The notes beneath the pieces were generated by a model, which saw only the letters and a program-made list of their open reading frames with translations, had not been told where the DNA came from and ran no database searches. A stretch of DNA of 20,000 nucleotides from Catajapyx aquilonaris (lineage: Eukaryota). Position 1 is the first letter of the stretch; each line of letters begins with the position of its first letter. The DNA is taken from assembly GCA_000934665.2 (NCBI GenBank), contig KZ538414.1, positions 52,998 to 72,997 of the forward strand, in the 5' to 3' direction. Position numbers and translations under genes: made by a program. Of the stretch, positions 19,842 to 20,000 are shown piece by piece.

Positions 19842-19924
19842 CAGGGTGGTCCAACTTTTTTGTCCGAACAGCTATTGACAAATTCGGCCTAAGCTGCTTA
19901 TGTTGTAGTGCGTTACCTGGCAAC
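19842..19924. mobile_element. Left arm of another CAGGGTG MITE (partner arm not in window)
   Basis: TA|CAGGGTGGTCCAACTTTTTTGTCCGAACAGCTATTGACAAATTCGGC...TTACCTGGCAAC matches the arms of the 3218 and 16799 elements. Confidence 0.8.
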
Positions 19925-20000
19925 TAGTGTGGTATGGTATGTCATCCCGTAGGATTTTCGTGCTGAAATTGATTTTATGATGGTTTTGGGTTGATTTGGG

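Overview
Eukaryotic, most likely arthropod, genomic window. The assignment rests on an interstitial (TTAGG)7 repeat and an fd96Ca-like FoxB gene. There are two assembly gaps, at 250-421 and 12859-12975. Two genes can be supported and they are divergently oriented. One is an intronless forkhead box B gene (minus strand, 9707-10639, 310 aa, with an eh1 motif and poly-Ala tracts). The other is a three-exon, strongly divergent SPOP/roadkill-like MATH-BTB-BACK gene (plus strand, 13928-16289, about 387 aa) that the ORF track only partly captures. The non-coding DNA is very dense in non-autonomous elements: two copies of a tRNA-headed SINE with 16-17 bp TSDs, several TA-flanked CAGGGTG Tc1/mariner-type MITEs (some nested), CACT-terminated foldback elements including two 48-bp mini-palindromes with 2-bp TSDs, and other hairpins. 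I saw no CRISPR array, rRNA, true tRNA or transposase, and I cannot support a clearly new biological system. The best leads are the mini-MITEs and nested foldbacks, the divergent MATH-BTB gene, and a phased forkhead-site array between the two genes.
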